Under the pieces are notes generated by a model that saw only the letters and a list, made by a program, of their open reading frames with translations, did no database searches and had not been told where the DNA came from. Below, piece by piece: positions 24,990 to 39,142 of a stretch of DNA of 64,000 nt. Source of the stretch: Octopus bimaculoides (taxonomy: Eukaryota); contig NC_068985.1 in assembly GCF_001194135.2 (NCBI RefSeq), forward strand, positions 32,621,445 to 32,685,444. The letters run 5' to 3'. Made by a program: the position numbers and the translations under genes. Position 1 is the first letter of the stretch. Every line of letters starts with the position of its first letter.

Positions 24990-25420
24990 TTCTTTTCTAC
25001 TCTAGGTATAGGGCCCAAAATTTTGGGGGAGGGAGGCGGCGATTAGATCAACCCCAGTACACAACTGGCACGTAATTTATCGACCCCAAAAGGATGAAAG
25101 GCAAAGTCAACCTTGGCAGAATTTGAACTCAGAACATAAAAACAGACGACATACCGCTAAGCATTTCACCCAGCGTGCTAACATTTCTTATTTCTTTATT
25201 GCCCACAAGGGGCTAAACATAGAGGGGACAAACAAAGACAGACAAAAGGATTAAGTCGATTACATTGACCCCAGTGCGTAACTGGTTCTTAATTTATTGA
25301 CCCCGAAAGGATGAAAGGCAAAGTCGACCTCAGCGGAGTTTGAACTCAGAGCATAACAGCAGACGAAATACCGCTAAGCATTTCGCCCGGCGTGCTAATG
25401 TTTCTGCCAGCTTGCCACCT
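24990..25420 (-). mobile_element. Two tandem SINE B copies with different 3' tails
   Basis: Both carry gaccccnaaaggatgaaaggcaaagtc..tttgaactcag..taccgctaagcatttc; tails differ (ttctactctaggtatagggccc versus attgcccacaaggggctaaacatagaggggacaaac). Confidence 0.85.
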
Positions 25421-25639
25421 TTGTAATAAAAAATATTACCAATGGACTGGGAATTCAGGTTTCAAATCTTTGGCTGGGCTTCCTGTTACCTTTCAAGGAG
25501 ATAGCTAAAAATCAATGAACAAAGTAAGAAATAACAAATTTGAAATCTTGTATTTTAATTTAAGAACTGCACATATCTGGCAGGCCAGTGGCACTGGCCA
25601 AATTTACTTGTCACCATTGGAGAAGAAATGGAGGCATCA

Positions 25640-26560
25640 GTGCAAGGATGTGTTGATGTTGAACGGGTCTAGTTAGACAGGTTGGTGTTGTTCTGTCTTC
25701 TAGCTGAGCCTCCAGTTGATCAATGAATGTGTTTGTTTTCTCATTCATATCCAGAAGTTCTTGAGTTTTTACTGAGTATTTTAAATGGGCCTGAATATGA
25801 GCTGTAGTGGAGCTCATAAGGTATCATTGCAAATGAATACATACATTCATTCAGTGTTGAACATAGATGGAATATGAGACATGACATTTTAAGGATTTAG
25901 AGCAATGGATAGCTTTGACATGGTACACAGTATATGATGGAGACACTGTTGGTGAAATCACTCCTGCCTCTTTACATCTCAGGTAAGTAACCCAAGTTTC
26001 AACTTCATGTAACAATGAAGACAAAATATTGCAGACCTTCAGCTTTGTCTTGGTTAAAATTCCATGCTGAGGCCATAAATGTCTATACAATTTTCCAAAT
26101 GCATCACTGGCTTTCTTGTTTCAGAGGGAGATTTCAACTTCAAGAGTATTTGTCCATGTTCACAGTACTGCCAAAATACATGAATCTATCCACACCTGCA
26201 ATTTCTGTCCATATACATGTTTGGCTCAGAGTAAGCTTTACCTGATACAGGTTGGTTCCTTATGACTTCTTTTTTTTTTCAGGCTAATTGTTAGACCTAG
26301 TACACTGCATGCTGTTGAGGAGTCCATAAAATGCTGCATGTCACTGGGAGTGAGTATCAAGGTCAGTCATCAACATACAGGAATTCTCATATTTGTAATG
26401 AGAATAACTTTGTTTTGGCAGCAGCCCATCTTATATTCAACATCCTACTTGTTCAGTATCTGATGTGAACTTTATGTAAGCAATCTTCAAAAGCCATCAA
26501 GAATGGCATAGTAAAGTACAATGCGAACAGAGTTGGTGTTGGTGTATCCCTGCGCTTAAC
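25640..26560 (-). mobile_element. Old RTE-like LINE RT remnant
   Basis: LTKTKLKVCNILSSLLHEVETW resembles the TKLKVY..LLYGCETW motif; many stops and frameshifts. Confidence 0.55.
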
Positions 26561-27345
26561 ACTATTTGTCACTCTACTCTTAGAAAGGGAGGCTTAACTT
26601 TAAGAATTTCATGCATATCTTATTTATGAATATAGTTATGTAAGTTATGGCCATCTTGAAGCAACCGTCAAGGCAAGACATTACATAAAATTATTTTCTT
26701 TATCAAAGTCTAACTTTGTTTATCTGGCTTACAATCTGTGTGTGCGCCTATATATACTTTTATTCTCTTACTTGTTTCAGTCGTGGCCATGCTGCAGCAC
26801 CACCTTAAATGATTTTAGTCAAAGAAATTGACTCCAGGACTTATTTTTTGTAAGCCTAGTGCTTATTCTGTAAGTTACAGGGATGTAAACACACGAACAT
26901 CGACCTGGGAAGGCCTTGAAATCAATGTTACCAACTGGGGACTATGTGTGTCCCAGTGATAATAAAAAGACTCAAAGGAGGTCTGCAACGAAATAATTTT
27001 ACTCAACACTTTGCAAGTGAATCAGTGGAGGCAAAGATGCGTCTCATTTACTTGACAATTTATGCACCACATTGCAGAAATCACAATGTAAGTATATCTG
27101 AAAGGATAGTCTTACACTGTTGTACCGTTGAATTACAAATAATGCTCATCTGTTATGTTCGGGTGACCCTATAGCTTCCAATAGTACAACTGTATTCGTC
27201 TTTGCTTAGGAAAAATGACTAAATTGTGGGTGTGAAGTGCCCATGAAGGGGTCTTTGTAACTTCTAAGAAGAAATTTTACTTTATTTGTGTGTAATGGTT
27301 AAAATTTCATCAACATCAAAAATATATGATTGGTCTGCTTTCTGG

Positions 27346-29260
27346 CATCCTTCTAGCCTGGAATCTAAAGTCACTAATGACTAGCCTATGCCGGGGGATG
27401 CATTCTTCATGCTGTCTGGTGAGAATGTAATTGATCTGGCTAGCATAGGCACCTGATTGGTAGTTTATCAGGTGGCTGGATGGCTTCTTGAAGTTGGGTC
27501 AACATTTGGCAGACTCTCTTCCTCCCATTCAGTAGTCTTTCATAATGGCATTTCCAAGCCTCTTTCTTTACAGAATCATTAAATGCAAATGCACCATTAT
27601 CCATGTGGACACATTTCTCTCCTATGACATCACGATTTTCTCTCACACGTCTTGCAATCCAAAACACTTCAGTTCTTTGGTCCTCACATCACTGAACATA
27701 GGCAAACTTTTCTGCTTCTCTCTTGGCTAGATATACCTGTCTCCTAACTTCCCTTCTGACTATCTGATACAGTTCCCTGCTACCCCCACTCTTCCAGACC
27801 TGTTTCTTTGCTCTAATGGCCTTGTCTACCACACTGTTCCACCACTATGTTACCCTAGGTCTGGACGGGACTTTGCACCAGCCACAGATTTGGTCTGTGG
27901 CACTCAGCAAGCTATGCCGCAGGAATTCCCAGTTGCCCTCTATGTCGCAAGTCTGTAGTTCCTCCTCCCTCTCATCAAATTTCTCAATTAAGATGTCCCT
28001 AAATCTCTGACTATATGAAGGGTCTTTAAACTTCCAAATCCTTCTTTTCCAGATTGGTCTGCTTCTTGACATCCTTCTGGCCTCGAGTTTAAAATCACTA
28101 ATGACTAGTCTATGCTGGTGGGGTACATTCTTCACCAGGGAGTATTTTTGTATTTACGAGCAACCATACATCCCACTGTCTGGTGAGAATGTAATCCATC
28201 TTGCTAGCACAGTCACCCAACTGGCAGGTTATCAGGTAGCTGGCTGGCTTCCTGAAGTTGGTGTTGTACATCAATAGGTTATTGCATAATAGAACTCCAG
28301 TAGCCTTGTTCCCTCTTCGTTTCAGGAACCAATTCCATGGCCCCCATGTACACCATGGAAGATACCAGGCTGCTGTCCGATATACCCGTTGAAATTCCCA
28401 GCCACAAAGATGAGATTGTTGTCACTTGTCTTTGAGGTAGCCTACAGAAGAATATCATAAAAGTGGTCCTTATGTTCATTTGGTAGGCCTGTTTGTGGGG
28501 CATAGGCAGAGATAATTGTCGCTATACTATTCTGCAAGAGTAACCTGAGCTTAAGTACTCTATCACACAATCTGACTACCTCTATGACCTTATCTACCTA
28601 TTTCTCTGCAAGAAGTATTTCCATACCACCTACCCCGTTCCTGTTATCTTCCGAGAAGATTTTATACCTATGTGTCTTGCTTGTGGGGAACCCAGCTGAA
28701 GCTCTGCTCCACCTTATCTCTTGAATGCAACTTACATCAACATGCTTCCATTCAAGCATCTCAACAATCTTGCTAGACCTACCTTTCAATTTGCCTACAT
28801 TGACAGTGCTAACTCTGAAAGGGACATGTGCAGTAACATGGGAAGAAGATATGGTATTCAGCACCTAAAAAGAAGGTTTCAATGATTGTTTGGTAACAGA
28901 CATGTCACATCAGTTGTTCTCACTTTAACCTACATTCAAACATGTTAAAATCGTTGCCCCTATCGGAGGTGAGTGTAATATAAACATTGTAAATGTAAGT
29001 GTTATGAGCATTGTAAATATAACTGTTATTGCTGCAAGCATAAATAGGTCAATGTCTAAATTAAGTAAATGAGCCGCTATTGGTTTGTCCATTATATATA
29101 GAGTGAAAAAGTTGTTAATTTATTAAATAACACATCTCTTTTTGGTGCATGCAGTAGTGTGATAATTGGTGGTGGAGGGAGCCATGCAAGTCTTCTGGTA
29201 CAGAAGCAAGGCAGAGCTATATAGGGATTTCTGGTATAAGAGATTTCCAGTATAGGAGGT
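27346..29260 (-). mobile_element. Decayed RTE LINE 5' portion (5' UTR plus AP endonuclease)
   Basis: FRVSTVNVGKLKGRS..VSCIQEIRW, PQHRLVISDF, PHKQAYQ; 5' UTR resembles 48430-48790. Confidence 0.85.
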
Positions 29261-29269
29261 GGGGGAGGG

Positions 29270-29880
29270 GGCAGGTATAGGTTGTGGGGCCTGGAATTGA
29301 CCATGTTCAAATCGTGCTTTTTACGTGCCACCAACATGGGAGTCAGTCAGGGGGCACTGACCACATCTACGATATTGGATTTACTTGACTCAACAGGTCT
29401 TCTCAAGCATATCATATCACCTGACGCATCTTAGCTGGGCTGGACATGCATGGCTGCGATCTCACTTTAGTTGTCGAGTCTTCTCAATCACAGCATATCT
29501 CCAAAGGTCTCGGTCTCCTGTCATTGCCTCTGTGACACCCAATGTTTGAAGGTCATGCTTCACCTCATCCTATGTCTTCCTGGATCTACCTCTTCCACAG
29601 TTAGGGAGTGGCACTTCCTCACACAGCTGTCGTCATCCATTTATAACACATGACCATACCAGTGCAGTCGTCTCTCTTACACTCTGTTGTGTAAGCACAC
29701 TGACATTACACATCCAGCGAATCATACTAGCTTCATTTCTTTCAAGCCTATGCATGTCCTCAGCAGTTATGGCCCATGTTTCACTGCTACACACAAAAAC
29801 TACTTATTCTATTAATCTTCCTGTGATTCCACTGCATCCCTTATGTGTTCATAGCTTACATATGGAATTTCTGTGTGCAG
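29270..29880 (-). mobile_element. RTE LINE RT C-terminal/3' UTR fragment
   Basis: gaaggtcatgcttcacctcatcc..accataccagtgcagtcgtc, homologous to 6600-6780 and 45520-45660. Confidence 0.7.
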
Positions 29881-30539
29881 GACAACTCAACTTGACTCAA
29901 CACCAGGAAAAGTGATTAATAAATAATTTATTCATTTTATAACATTATCAGGTATTTATAAAAGACTAATTTAATACATGACATAAATTTTAAAATTCAA
30001 ATAAAAGTAATTGAGAAACTATACAGTTTTAATACAAGGCTAAAATTTAAATGAGAAATTTACTGAAAGTTGTATGCAATTCCCTTCAAATATTGTAGGA
30101 GATCATTCTGAAAAAGATGAAACAATATGCAGAATTCTATCATCTGCCTTCATATACTTCTTCAGTTTAGGGGGAAGGGGATGACCTCCAATCAGTTGCT
30201 CAAAAATTGCATCTCAGTTTCTTTGCACCTTATGTAGCCCATTTATGAATCTCCATATTGTGGGGTGCTCCATTCCCAGCTCTGTTTGGAGTCTTTTCTT
30301 TGCTGCTTCAGCATGGTTATTTGTCCAGTCTTCCCCGAGCAACATCCTCTTGTAAAAGATTAATCTTTTTATAAATTTCTGATAATATTTCGAATTTTAA
30401 AAGTTCTGCTTTTTTTTTTTTAATTCAAGCCATGTATTAATCTATAATCTTTTTATAAATTTCTGATAATGTTATAAAACAAATAAATTATTTATTAATC
30501 AATTTTCATGGTGTTGAGTTGTCCCAATTTGGGAATTTC

Positions 30540-31175
30540 TACTTACACCTTTTTTTACCTACTGGGCAGAGCCATTTCCCTGATGGGATTAGTAATTTGT
30601 CTGCTTCCCTGCTTACTAGTACTTTGGTCTTTGCTAAATTAACTATAAGGCCCTTAAATTCCCATCCTTGCTTCCACACCTAAACTTTCTTCTCTAATTC
30701 TAGTAGAGATTCAGTTATAAAAACAAGGTCATCAGCATAAAGGAGCACCCAAAGGTGCTTAAATTCCTTTGTCATGGCCTGGAGGAATATAATGAACAAG
30801 AGGGAGCTAAGAACTGATCCTTGGTGAACACCTACCTGCACACTAAATTCATTGCTATACTCACTGTTGACTTTTACCTTACAGCATTCCTATACAAGGC
30901 TTGGATAGCTCTCACCAACCACTCATCTAGCTTCCACATTGATTAACAGATGAGAGAACGAAGGACCCTGACAAAGGCCTTCTCCATGTCAACAAATGCC
31001 AGTTACAGCAGTTTATTTTTTGCTAAATGCTTCTCCTGCAGTTGCCTTTCTGGGAAGATAGGATCTGTAGTGCTTCACCTTGATACTAAACAAAACTGTA
31101 TCTCATCTGGGTTAACTCTCTTCCTAATTAGTTGAGCTCTGACCCTTTCTGAAACGTTCATAACCATGACGCTTT
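30540..31175 (-). mobile_element. RTE LINE RT core fragment
   Basis: Homologous to 46250-46820 (aaggccttctccatgtcaac; tgatccttggtgaac = VHQGS; tcagcataaagg = LYAD). Confidence 0.75.
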
Positions 31176-31509
31176 CTATTCTAAAAATATTTTAGTCAAA
31201 GATTAGGAGCTACAAATTAAACAATGGTTAGTAACTTTCTCTCATACTTTTTAACAGAAAACCAATTAATCATCATGATGCTAATGACAAAATGAAGAAA
31301 AGTAAGCAAACAATATAACAAATTATTTATGTATCACAGTTTATTTGAAATAATGGCCAAAATATACAATGTTCCTTAATAAAAATGAGATTAAAAACAT
31401 TTAGTGAGATATATATATACATAAAAACACATACATATATACATACATACATACACATATATATATATATATATATACAAACATATACATATATATATAT
31501 GCACATATG

Positions 31510-31910
31510 TGTGTGCATGTGTACATTGAGTCAATGTTGCTGAGGACAGCAGTTGTATGGTGAGCTCACATAACCAAGGGAAGCCTAAACTGAGGTACAA
31601 AGACACTCTGAAAAGAAACTGCAAATGGAGCGGCATTAGTCCACATGAACTTGAAGCCTCTGCTACAGACAGTCAAGTGTGGAGGTCTCTCAACTCATGA
31701 GCAGCAGATACCTTTGAAAATGACCAACGAACACCATCTAAATTCTGCAAAAGAAAGACGCCACAGGGAAGCATCTGCCTCAATCCAATCAACTGACTAT
31801 TGCTGTAACATCTGCAGGTGCTTGTTTGGTTCCAGGTTTGGACTGCGGAGTCACATGTGCTCTCATTGCTGCAAATACAGACTTTGTCATCATTGGACCC
31901 TGAATGACAC
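31510..31910 (+). mobile_element. RTE-like LINE 3' fragment similar to 4900-5484
   Basis: cagttgtatggtgagctc (QLYGEL), aagcctaaactgaggtacaaagac (KPKLRYKD), terminal CCNICRC..HMCSH. Confidence 0.7.
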
Positions 31911-32105
31911 CAACACACACATGTATATATACATATATAATGTAACCACACACATGCTATTGGTGATTTCTTTTCCTTCTTTAGACTTTTCCCTTTCTCA
32001 CAAAGAGTTATGCTCGAAACATCAAACTCTCTCTTTTCAACAACCATCAACCTTGTGCACGTCCGCTTGTTTTCAATTAATTTTATGATTCATTTCTTTT
32101 GAATT

Positions 32106-32107
<2 letters not shown>

Positions 32108-32156
<49 letters not shown>

Positions 32157-33330
32157 TATACATACATACATACACACACACACATATATATGTATATACA
32201 TATATGTATACATCTATATACACATACATACATATATATATATACATACACATATATATATATATACACATACAAATATATATATACATAAATACATATA
32301 TATATATATATACNNNNNNNNNNNNNNNNNNNNNNNNNNNNNNNNNNNNNNNNNNNNNNNNNNNNNNNNNNNNNNNNNNNNNNNNNNNNNNNNNNNNNNN
32401 NNNNNNNNNNNNNNNNNNNNNNNNNNNNNNNNNNNNNNNNNNNNNNNNNNNNNNNNNNNNNNNNNNNNNNNNNNNNNNNNNNNNNNNNNNNNNNNNNNNN
32501 NNNNNNNNNNNNNNNNNNNNNNNNNNNNNNNNNNNNNNNNNNNNNNNNNNNNNNNNNNNNNNNNNNNNNNNNNNNNNNNNNNNNNNNNNNNNNNNNNNNN
32601 NNNNNNNNNNNNNNNNNNNNNNNNNNNNNNNNNNNNNNNNNNNNNNNNNNNNNNNNNNNNNNNNNNNNNNNNNNNNNNNNNNNNNNNNNNNNNNNNNNNN
32701 NNNNNNNNNNNNNNNNNNNNNNNNNNNNNNNNNNNNNNNNNNNNNNNNNNNNNNNNNNNNNNNNNNNNNNNNNNNNNNNNNNNNNNNNNNNNNNNNNNNN
32801 NNNNNNNNNNNNNNNNNNNNNNNNNNNNNNNNNNNNNNNNNNNNNNNNNNNNNNNNNNNNNNNNNNNNNNNNNNNNNNNNNNNNNNNNNNNNNNNNNNNN
32901 NNNNNNNNNNNNNNNNNNNNNNNNNNNNNNNNNNNNNNNNNNNNNNNNNNNNNNNNNNNNNNNNNNNNNNNNNNNNNNNNNNNNNNNNNNNNNNNNNNNN
33001 NNNNNNNNNNNNNNNNNNNNNNNNNNNNNNNNNNNNNNNNNNNNNNNNNNNNNNNNNNNNNNNNNNNNNNNNNNNNNNNNNNNNNNNNNNNNNNNNNNNN
33101 NNNNNNNNNNNNNNNNNNNNNNNNNNNNNNNNNNNNNNNNNNNNNNNNNNNNNNNNNNNNNNNNNNNNNNNNNNNNNNNNNNNNNNNNNNNNNNNNNNNN
33201 NNNNNNNNNNNNNNNNNNNNNNNNNNNNNNNNNNATACATATACATATATATACATATATAAATAGACACACACACACACACACACATATGTACATAAAC
33301 ACATATATATGTGTATATACATATATGTGT
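32108..33330. repeat. (TA)/(CA) microsatellite around a ~920-N gap
   Basis: Direct reading. Confidence 0.9.
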
Positions 33331-34165
33331 CTTGCTATTTCTACCCTTTAGGATTACCCACCAATCATGTCTTTTTGGCCCTGAGGCTATACTTTGCTCA
33401 TCTCTTATTTATTTCATCTTAAATTACATTTATTCACTTTTGTATGTCCACCTCTGTATTGCTTGTTATCCATGTATTGTTTTCTCTTGGCCCTCTATTG
33501 TCTGCAACTTTTGCGGGCACAGTATGGGAAGCCCCTCAGTCTTATAATTAATGTTGCAAAACTGAGTAATACCACCTGTTTGATAACTAATGAACAATAA
33601 GGGACCTTCTTTGTCTGTCTTCCGTCCATTTGTGCACTAAATATACATTATATATTTATACTTGACATTTGTGTATTTACAATACATTTTTTCATTTATA
33701 TATATATATATATAAATAAAACATACAAACAAGCATACAAAGGATTTTCGTCCAATGAAGTAATGTAATACGTATGTACTATAAGTGCTCAGTTTGGTTT
33801 ACCACTAAAACTCCAACTTGAACTGCAACTGAAAACAAGTGAAGCTCACTAACAAATCTGGCCAGAAATGGTTCATCATGGAGCAGGTATAAATATATTA
33901 GAAACAGAAAAGACAGAACATGTATCACTTTAGAAGCTATAATTTATTATTATTATTATTATTACTACTACAACTGAATTATAAATTAAGGTTTCTAAAG
34001 TGATACCGCATGCTTTGCTTGTCTGTTCTGTTTCTAAGATACACACACACACACACATATATACACATAAATAATAGTCATTACATATCTTTCTTTATTG
34101 TAGTAAATTTGACTTACAGCTGTTTCCAGTAGTTATAGGTTCATTGTTGATAGGANNNNNNNNNN

Positions 34166-34249
<84 letters not shown>

Positions 34250-35139
34250 CACATAAATAATAGTCATTACATATCTTTCTTTATTGTAGTAAATTTGACT
34301 TACAGCTGTTTCCAGTAGTTATAGGTTCATTGTTGATAGGATTAGTCAACCGATCAAGTGACTGATTGAATAAACCTACCAATAACGAACCAATAATGAC
34401 TACTGGAAATTACAATAAAGAAAAATATGTGATGACCATTATGTATGCCTAGTCTTGTATACATGCATACATATATACACACATGTATACAAACACATAT
34501 ACATACGCACACACGTGTATATACATACATATACATACATACATGTATATGTACACATATATACTCATATGAATAAAATACAGATTTTTTAAACAAGTTT
34601 TGTAAATAAAAGAATTTGAAAAAAACTGATAAGAATTAACCAAACAAAATAAAATAACCCTCATTAAATTTATAGTATATTTCTGTATAAGCTGTTTATA
34701 AAAAAGAAACACATCACAGTCTATAAATAGACCTGTGATATACACCCTTATGTACTGTAATGCTAATGAGCACATTATTTCACCCATAAATGTAAGAGCT
34801 GCAATGCTTTTTCAACACTTATATATTTCTTAGACAAATTATTTTGAAGACATTCCTATGAAATTTTTACATGCTAAGATTACTTGAAAGACAAATCAAA
34901 GATTTATTTTTTAAGCATTAATGATATACATGTCATCTTTTGATAAAACTTGGTTCTTAGAAATATATGTAATTGTTTTATACTTAAGTGAATAGTTAAT
35001 TTTTATTAGAATTTTAAATTTACTTGTTTTTGCTGATATCTCATAAGTACATGTCTGACTAAGGTTGAAGGCTTGCTAGCAAATATTTTTTTATAAAGCT
35101 TTATGGAATGGTAGCTATAATGTTTTATATATATACATA

Positions 35140-36739
35140 CATACACGTACGCACACACACGTGTATATACATACTCACACACATGTGTACATATACATAC
35201 AAACACATACATATATTTGTCTATACATATGTAAACATACATGCATACATACAATACACGCACATACACACGTATATATATCCATGCATGCATCATTATG
35301 TTCATATACACATCTCTATACGCACATGCACATACATATGCGGATAGATGTATATACAAATAAAAACATGCAAAATCATAAACGGTAAAACATTTGCCGC
35401 AAAACTTGAAGTTATGAGTTATATATGCATGTACACAAATACACCATCGTGTCTATATGAAGGAAGGAGACAAGTACAACAGGTAGAGTTTTACACTCAT
35501 ATATATACAATCATTCGTACACATCTATATATGCACGCACATACACATTTGATATATACTACACGCATATATAGTTACACAATTATAAAGGGTGAAAAAT
35601 AATATACAGAAAAATATATAAAGCAATAAAATATGTATAAGAAATATATAAGAAATGTTAAGACATATGAAAGGCTTGTACGTGAACATAATATAAAAAG
35701 CAGGTTCTATCTGTGATCTGGGGGGGGGGGGTCCAGAAACCTAACAAATGTTTTGCCATATGTGGACATGACCCAAAAAGTTCAGTTCTTGAATTTAGAC
35801 ATGAAGCAGGGTCTAAAGAACTTTTCCAGATGAGCCATCTTTCCATATCGCAAAGACCACACTTTCCACTGCCGTGGAAACAACAAAATGATGCTGGCTG
35901 TTCCTGCAGAGTTAAAAATTTGTGCCCGCTAAATGGAGCTTGTATGACCGAGGCCATCATTTATGAAGCCACCATAGACTCTACAACCACTAAGGACATA
36001 TTTTTGTCAAAGAAATATGTAAGTCTCACAGAGGGAAATTTTAAAGCCAGGTTCAACAATCACACCTTAAGCTTCAGACACGGGGATGAAAGGAAAACAA
36101 CCAAATTATCCAGTTATATATGGTCCTTAAAAGAAAAAGGTGTAAGCCTTACACCAATGGCAGTGGAAAGTGCAGTCTTTGCGATATGAAAAGATGGCTC
36201 ATCTGGAAAAGTTCTTTAGATCCTGCTACATGTCTAAATTCAAGAACTGAACTTTTTGGGTCATGTCCACAAATGGCAAAACATTTGTTAAGNNNNNNNN
36301 NNNNNNNNNNNNNNNNNNNNNNNNNNNNNNNNNNNNNNNNNNNNNNNNNNNNNNNNNNNNNNNNNNNNNNNNNNNNNNNNNNNNNNNNNNNNNNNNNNNN
36401 NNNNNNNNNNNNNNNNNNNNNNNNNNNNNNNNNNNNNNNNNNNNNNNNNNNNNNNNNNNNNNNNNNNNNNNNNNNNNNNNNNNNNNNNNNNNNNNNNNNN
36501 NNNNNNNNNNAAGTTTTGCAGTGAATGTGAATGTTTTACGGTTTATGTTTTTGAGTAGGTGTTTTTATTTGTATATACATCTATCCGTGTATGTGCATGT
36601 GCATATAGAGATGTATATATGAACATAATGATGCATGCATAGATATATATACGTGTGTATGTGCGTGTATTGTATGTATGTTTACATATGTATAGACATA
36701 TGTGTTTTTTATGTATATGTACATGCGTGTAAGCATGTG

Positions 36740-36770
<31 letters not shown>

Positions 36771-36780
36771 GTGTGTGCGC

Positions 36781-36813
<33 letters not shown>

Positions 36814-36830
36814 TACGTATATGTGTACAT
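35140..36830 (+). mobile_element. Penelope-like element 3' end (GIY-YIG endonuclease) with an inverted copy of its own 3' end upstream
   Basis: CSCRVKNLCPLNGAC..IIYEAT..KYVSLTEGNFKARFNNHTLSFRH..LSSYIWSLK, then KCSLCDMK..LNSRTELFGSCPQ. 35140-35873 is the reverse complement of 36159-36790. Confidence 0.85.
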
Positions 36831-36917
36831 ATACAGATTCTATGAACAAAGTTTTACTTTCCCTATGCCTATTGGAGTAATTTTCCTTTATTCAACGGTT
36901 TTTCATAGCGTTTTAGT

Positions 36918-36992
36918 TTGTCTTAATAACTGATAAGATGCCGGAGCAGACTGCAGCCCCAGCGTCTGAAACTCTGAGTTTTATTAAGACAA
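36918..36992 (+). ncRNA. Degenerate type I hammerhead ribozyme-like motif
   Basis: 12-bp stem I ttgtcttaataa/ttattaagacaa, core CTGATA(A), stem II agatgc/gcgtct, GAAA, stem III actc-t-gagt. Core is one nt from CUGAUGA. Confidence 0.5.
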
Positions 36993-37086
36993 CCAACTAA
37001 TTGTGACATATTATACTTATAGATAAATTCCTCTATTTATATAATATCGAGGTCTCATTCATTCTTTTCTTGTCATATTATCGTTA

Positions 37087-37131
<45 letters not shown>

Positions 37132-38831
37132 AAGTTTATATATATATATATATATATATTTATTACACAGTTAATTTTGTATTTAAATAGAACATTAAAA
37201 AAAGAAAGGGAATGCTTTCAGAAATGTAGAAACCAATATCCAGATTTCAAAATAATGGAGTTTAACAAATATAATACAGATGCACACACGTGTGTGTACA
37301 TATATAATAAGCAGCACTTGTATAAAACCCTTGAAGCTTATAGTGCCTCAAGGAAACATGTATTAGATCAGAACTAAAGACAATCATATTCTTAAAAACT
37401 GCCATATGTAAAATATGTATAAAAAAAAAAAAAAGAATCGTTTTACATTATATTTTACGATTTTCTAGAAAGTGCAAAGTAATGACTCTCTATTATGAAA
37501 TAAATGTAACAGAAAAAGAACAAATGCATAGCTTAAAATTAATTTACCTTCAAATCTATCCTACACCTTTGCAAAACATGAAAATCCTAAACTATATGAA
37601 TAGGATTATTAAAAAAATAAAGTATACAATAATATCAACAAACCTTTGCATTCTGAGAGATTAATTCAATTAAAAGAATATAAATAAACTTTAAGTAGAG
37701 TTTTTATAAGTATAATGGTAAAATTTCAATGTTTGCAACATTCAAGTATCTGATAATGGTCATTTATGTACATAAAATATATGAATTTTGTATAAAAGTT
37801 TTCTTTAGATATTGGAGTTCTTCATGTGTGCATGAATGTGCAGTTAAGTAATTTAAAACAAGTATAAGCCTAGCTGTCAGGACCAATGTCTCATACAGCA
37901 GAGAACAATGTGTCAATTTAAGATTGTTCTGTTAGTAAAAAAAAAAAAAAATACTTTGGATAGAAACAAACATATTTCAAAGTGTGATATGAAATTGAAA
38001 ACATGAATGATAAAAAGGCATACATAATAGTACAAACAAAAGTATTTATAGCGTGTGTGTGTGTGTGTGTGTGTGTCTGAGTGCATGTGCACCTTTACGT
38101 AACAAACTGATGTATTAAGACTTAAAGTCAGCACTCCTAGAGGAGGTATTACTTGGCAGGCTTCATTTCAGTGTCAGTATAATTTGGAAAAAACTGCAGA
38201 ATTCATGACAATGCAATAAGGAGTTAAAAATGAAAAGTGAGGTGATGAAAGGAAAGTAAAATTTAGGAAAAAAAAATGTAATAAGGTGAGAAAACGCCAA
38301 AAGTTTTAATTTTGAATTAATACCTTACCTTTTTTCTCCGAAATTGTGAAAGATTATTTTTGTTAGTACAAAATTAGTAGTAACTTTTAAGGCTTTTTGA
38401 CTAATACAGTTCACAACACTTTTCCTTAACCACCAAGTTACATTAAATTCTCAAATTTTTTTTTATCAAAATATAATTAATGTCATCAATTGCCATAACA
38501 GAATTAGTAAAAAGTAAGGTAAAAATATATATAGGTTAACACTCATCTGCTGCTGGTTGTATGATTTATTAAAGGCTATTGTAAGAACTGGTGAGATAGA
38601 TACACAAGTGTACAATAGATATAACAAACTCTAAAAAAATGCAATGTAATAAATAAAGTTAATTTAATCTTTTTCAAAAACTTAATATCAGTAATAGTTA
38701 AGTTCTGACATGTTAACTTTTATCATCTCTTTAGCCTGAATGTCCATTCAACAGAAGTTTTCTAGTAAGAAATTTAAATAATTTTCTTCACTTAAACATA
38801 AATAATTTTAGCTTAAATTGAGATATATTAT

Positions 38832-38869
<38 letters not shown>

Positions 38870-38932
38870 ACTCACTCACTCATTCATTCACACACAAATA
38901 TAGTTTTACATTATTTTCCTTTACTCTAGATA

Positions 38933-39099
38933 GGCACAGGAGTGGCTGTGTGGTAAGTAGCTTGTTTCCCAACCACATGGTTCTGGGTTCAGTCCCACTG
39001 CGTGGCACCTTGGGCAAGTGTCTCCTACTACAGCCTCGAGCCGACCAAAGCCCTGTGAGTGGATTTGGAAGACGGAAACTGAAAGAAGCCTGTCATGTG

Positions 39100-39142
<43 letters not shown>
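38933..39142 (+). mobile_element. SINE A 5' half running into an N gap
   Basis: ggcacaggagtggctgtgtggtaag..gggttcagtcccactgcgtggcacc. Confidence 0.85.

Noticed and set aside
26900-27300. RLIYLTIYAP resembling an AP-endonuclease motif
   Set aside because: Single short motif with no supporting neighbours; too weak to call.
34040-34340. Exact ~115-bp duplication
   Set aside because: Identical copies flank a 10-N gap and a (TA)n run, typical of overlapping contig ends.
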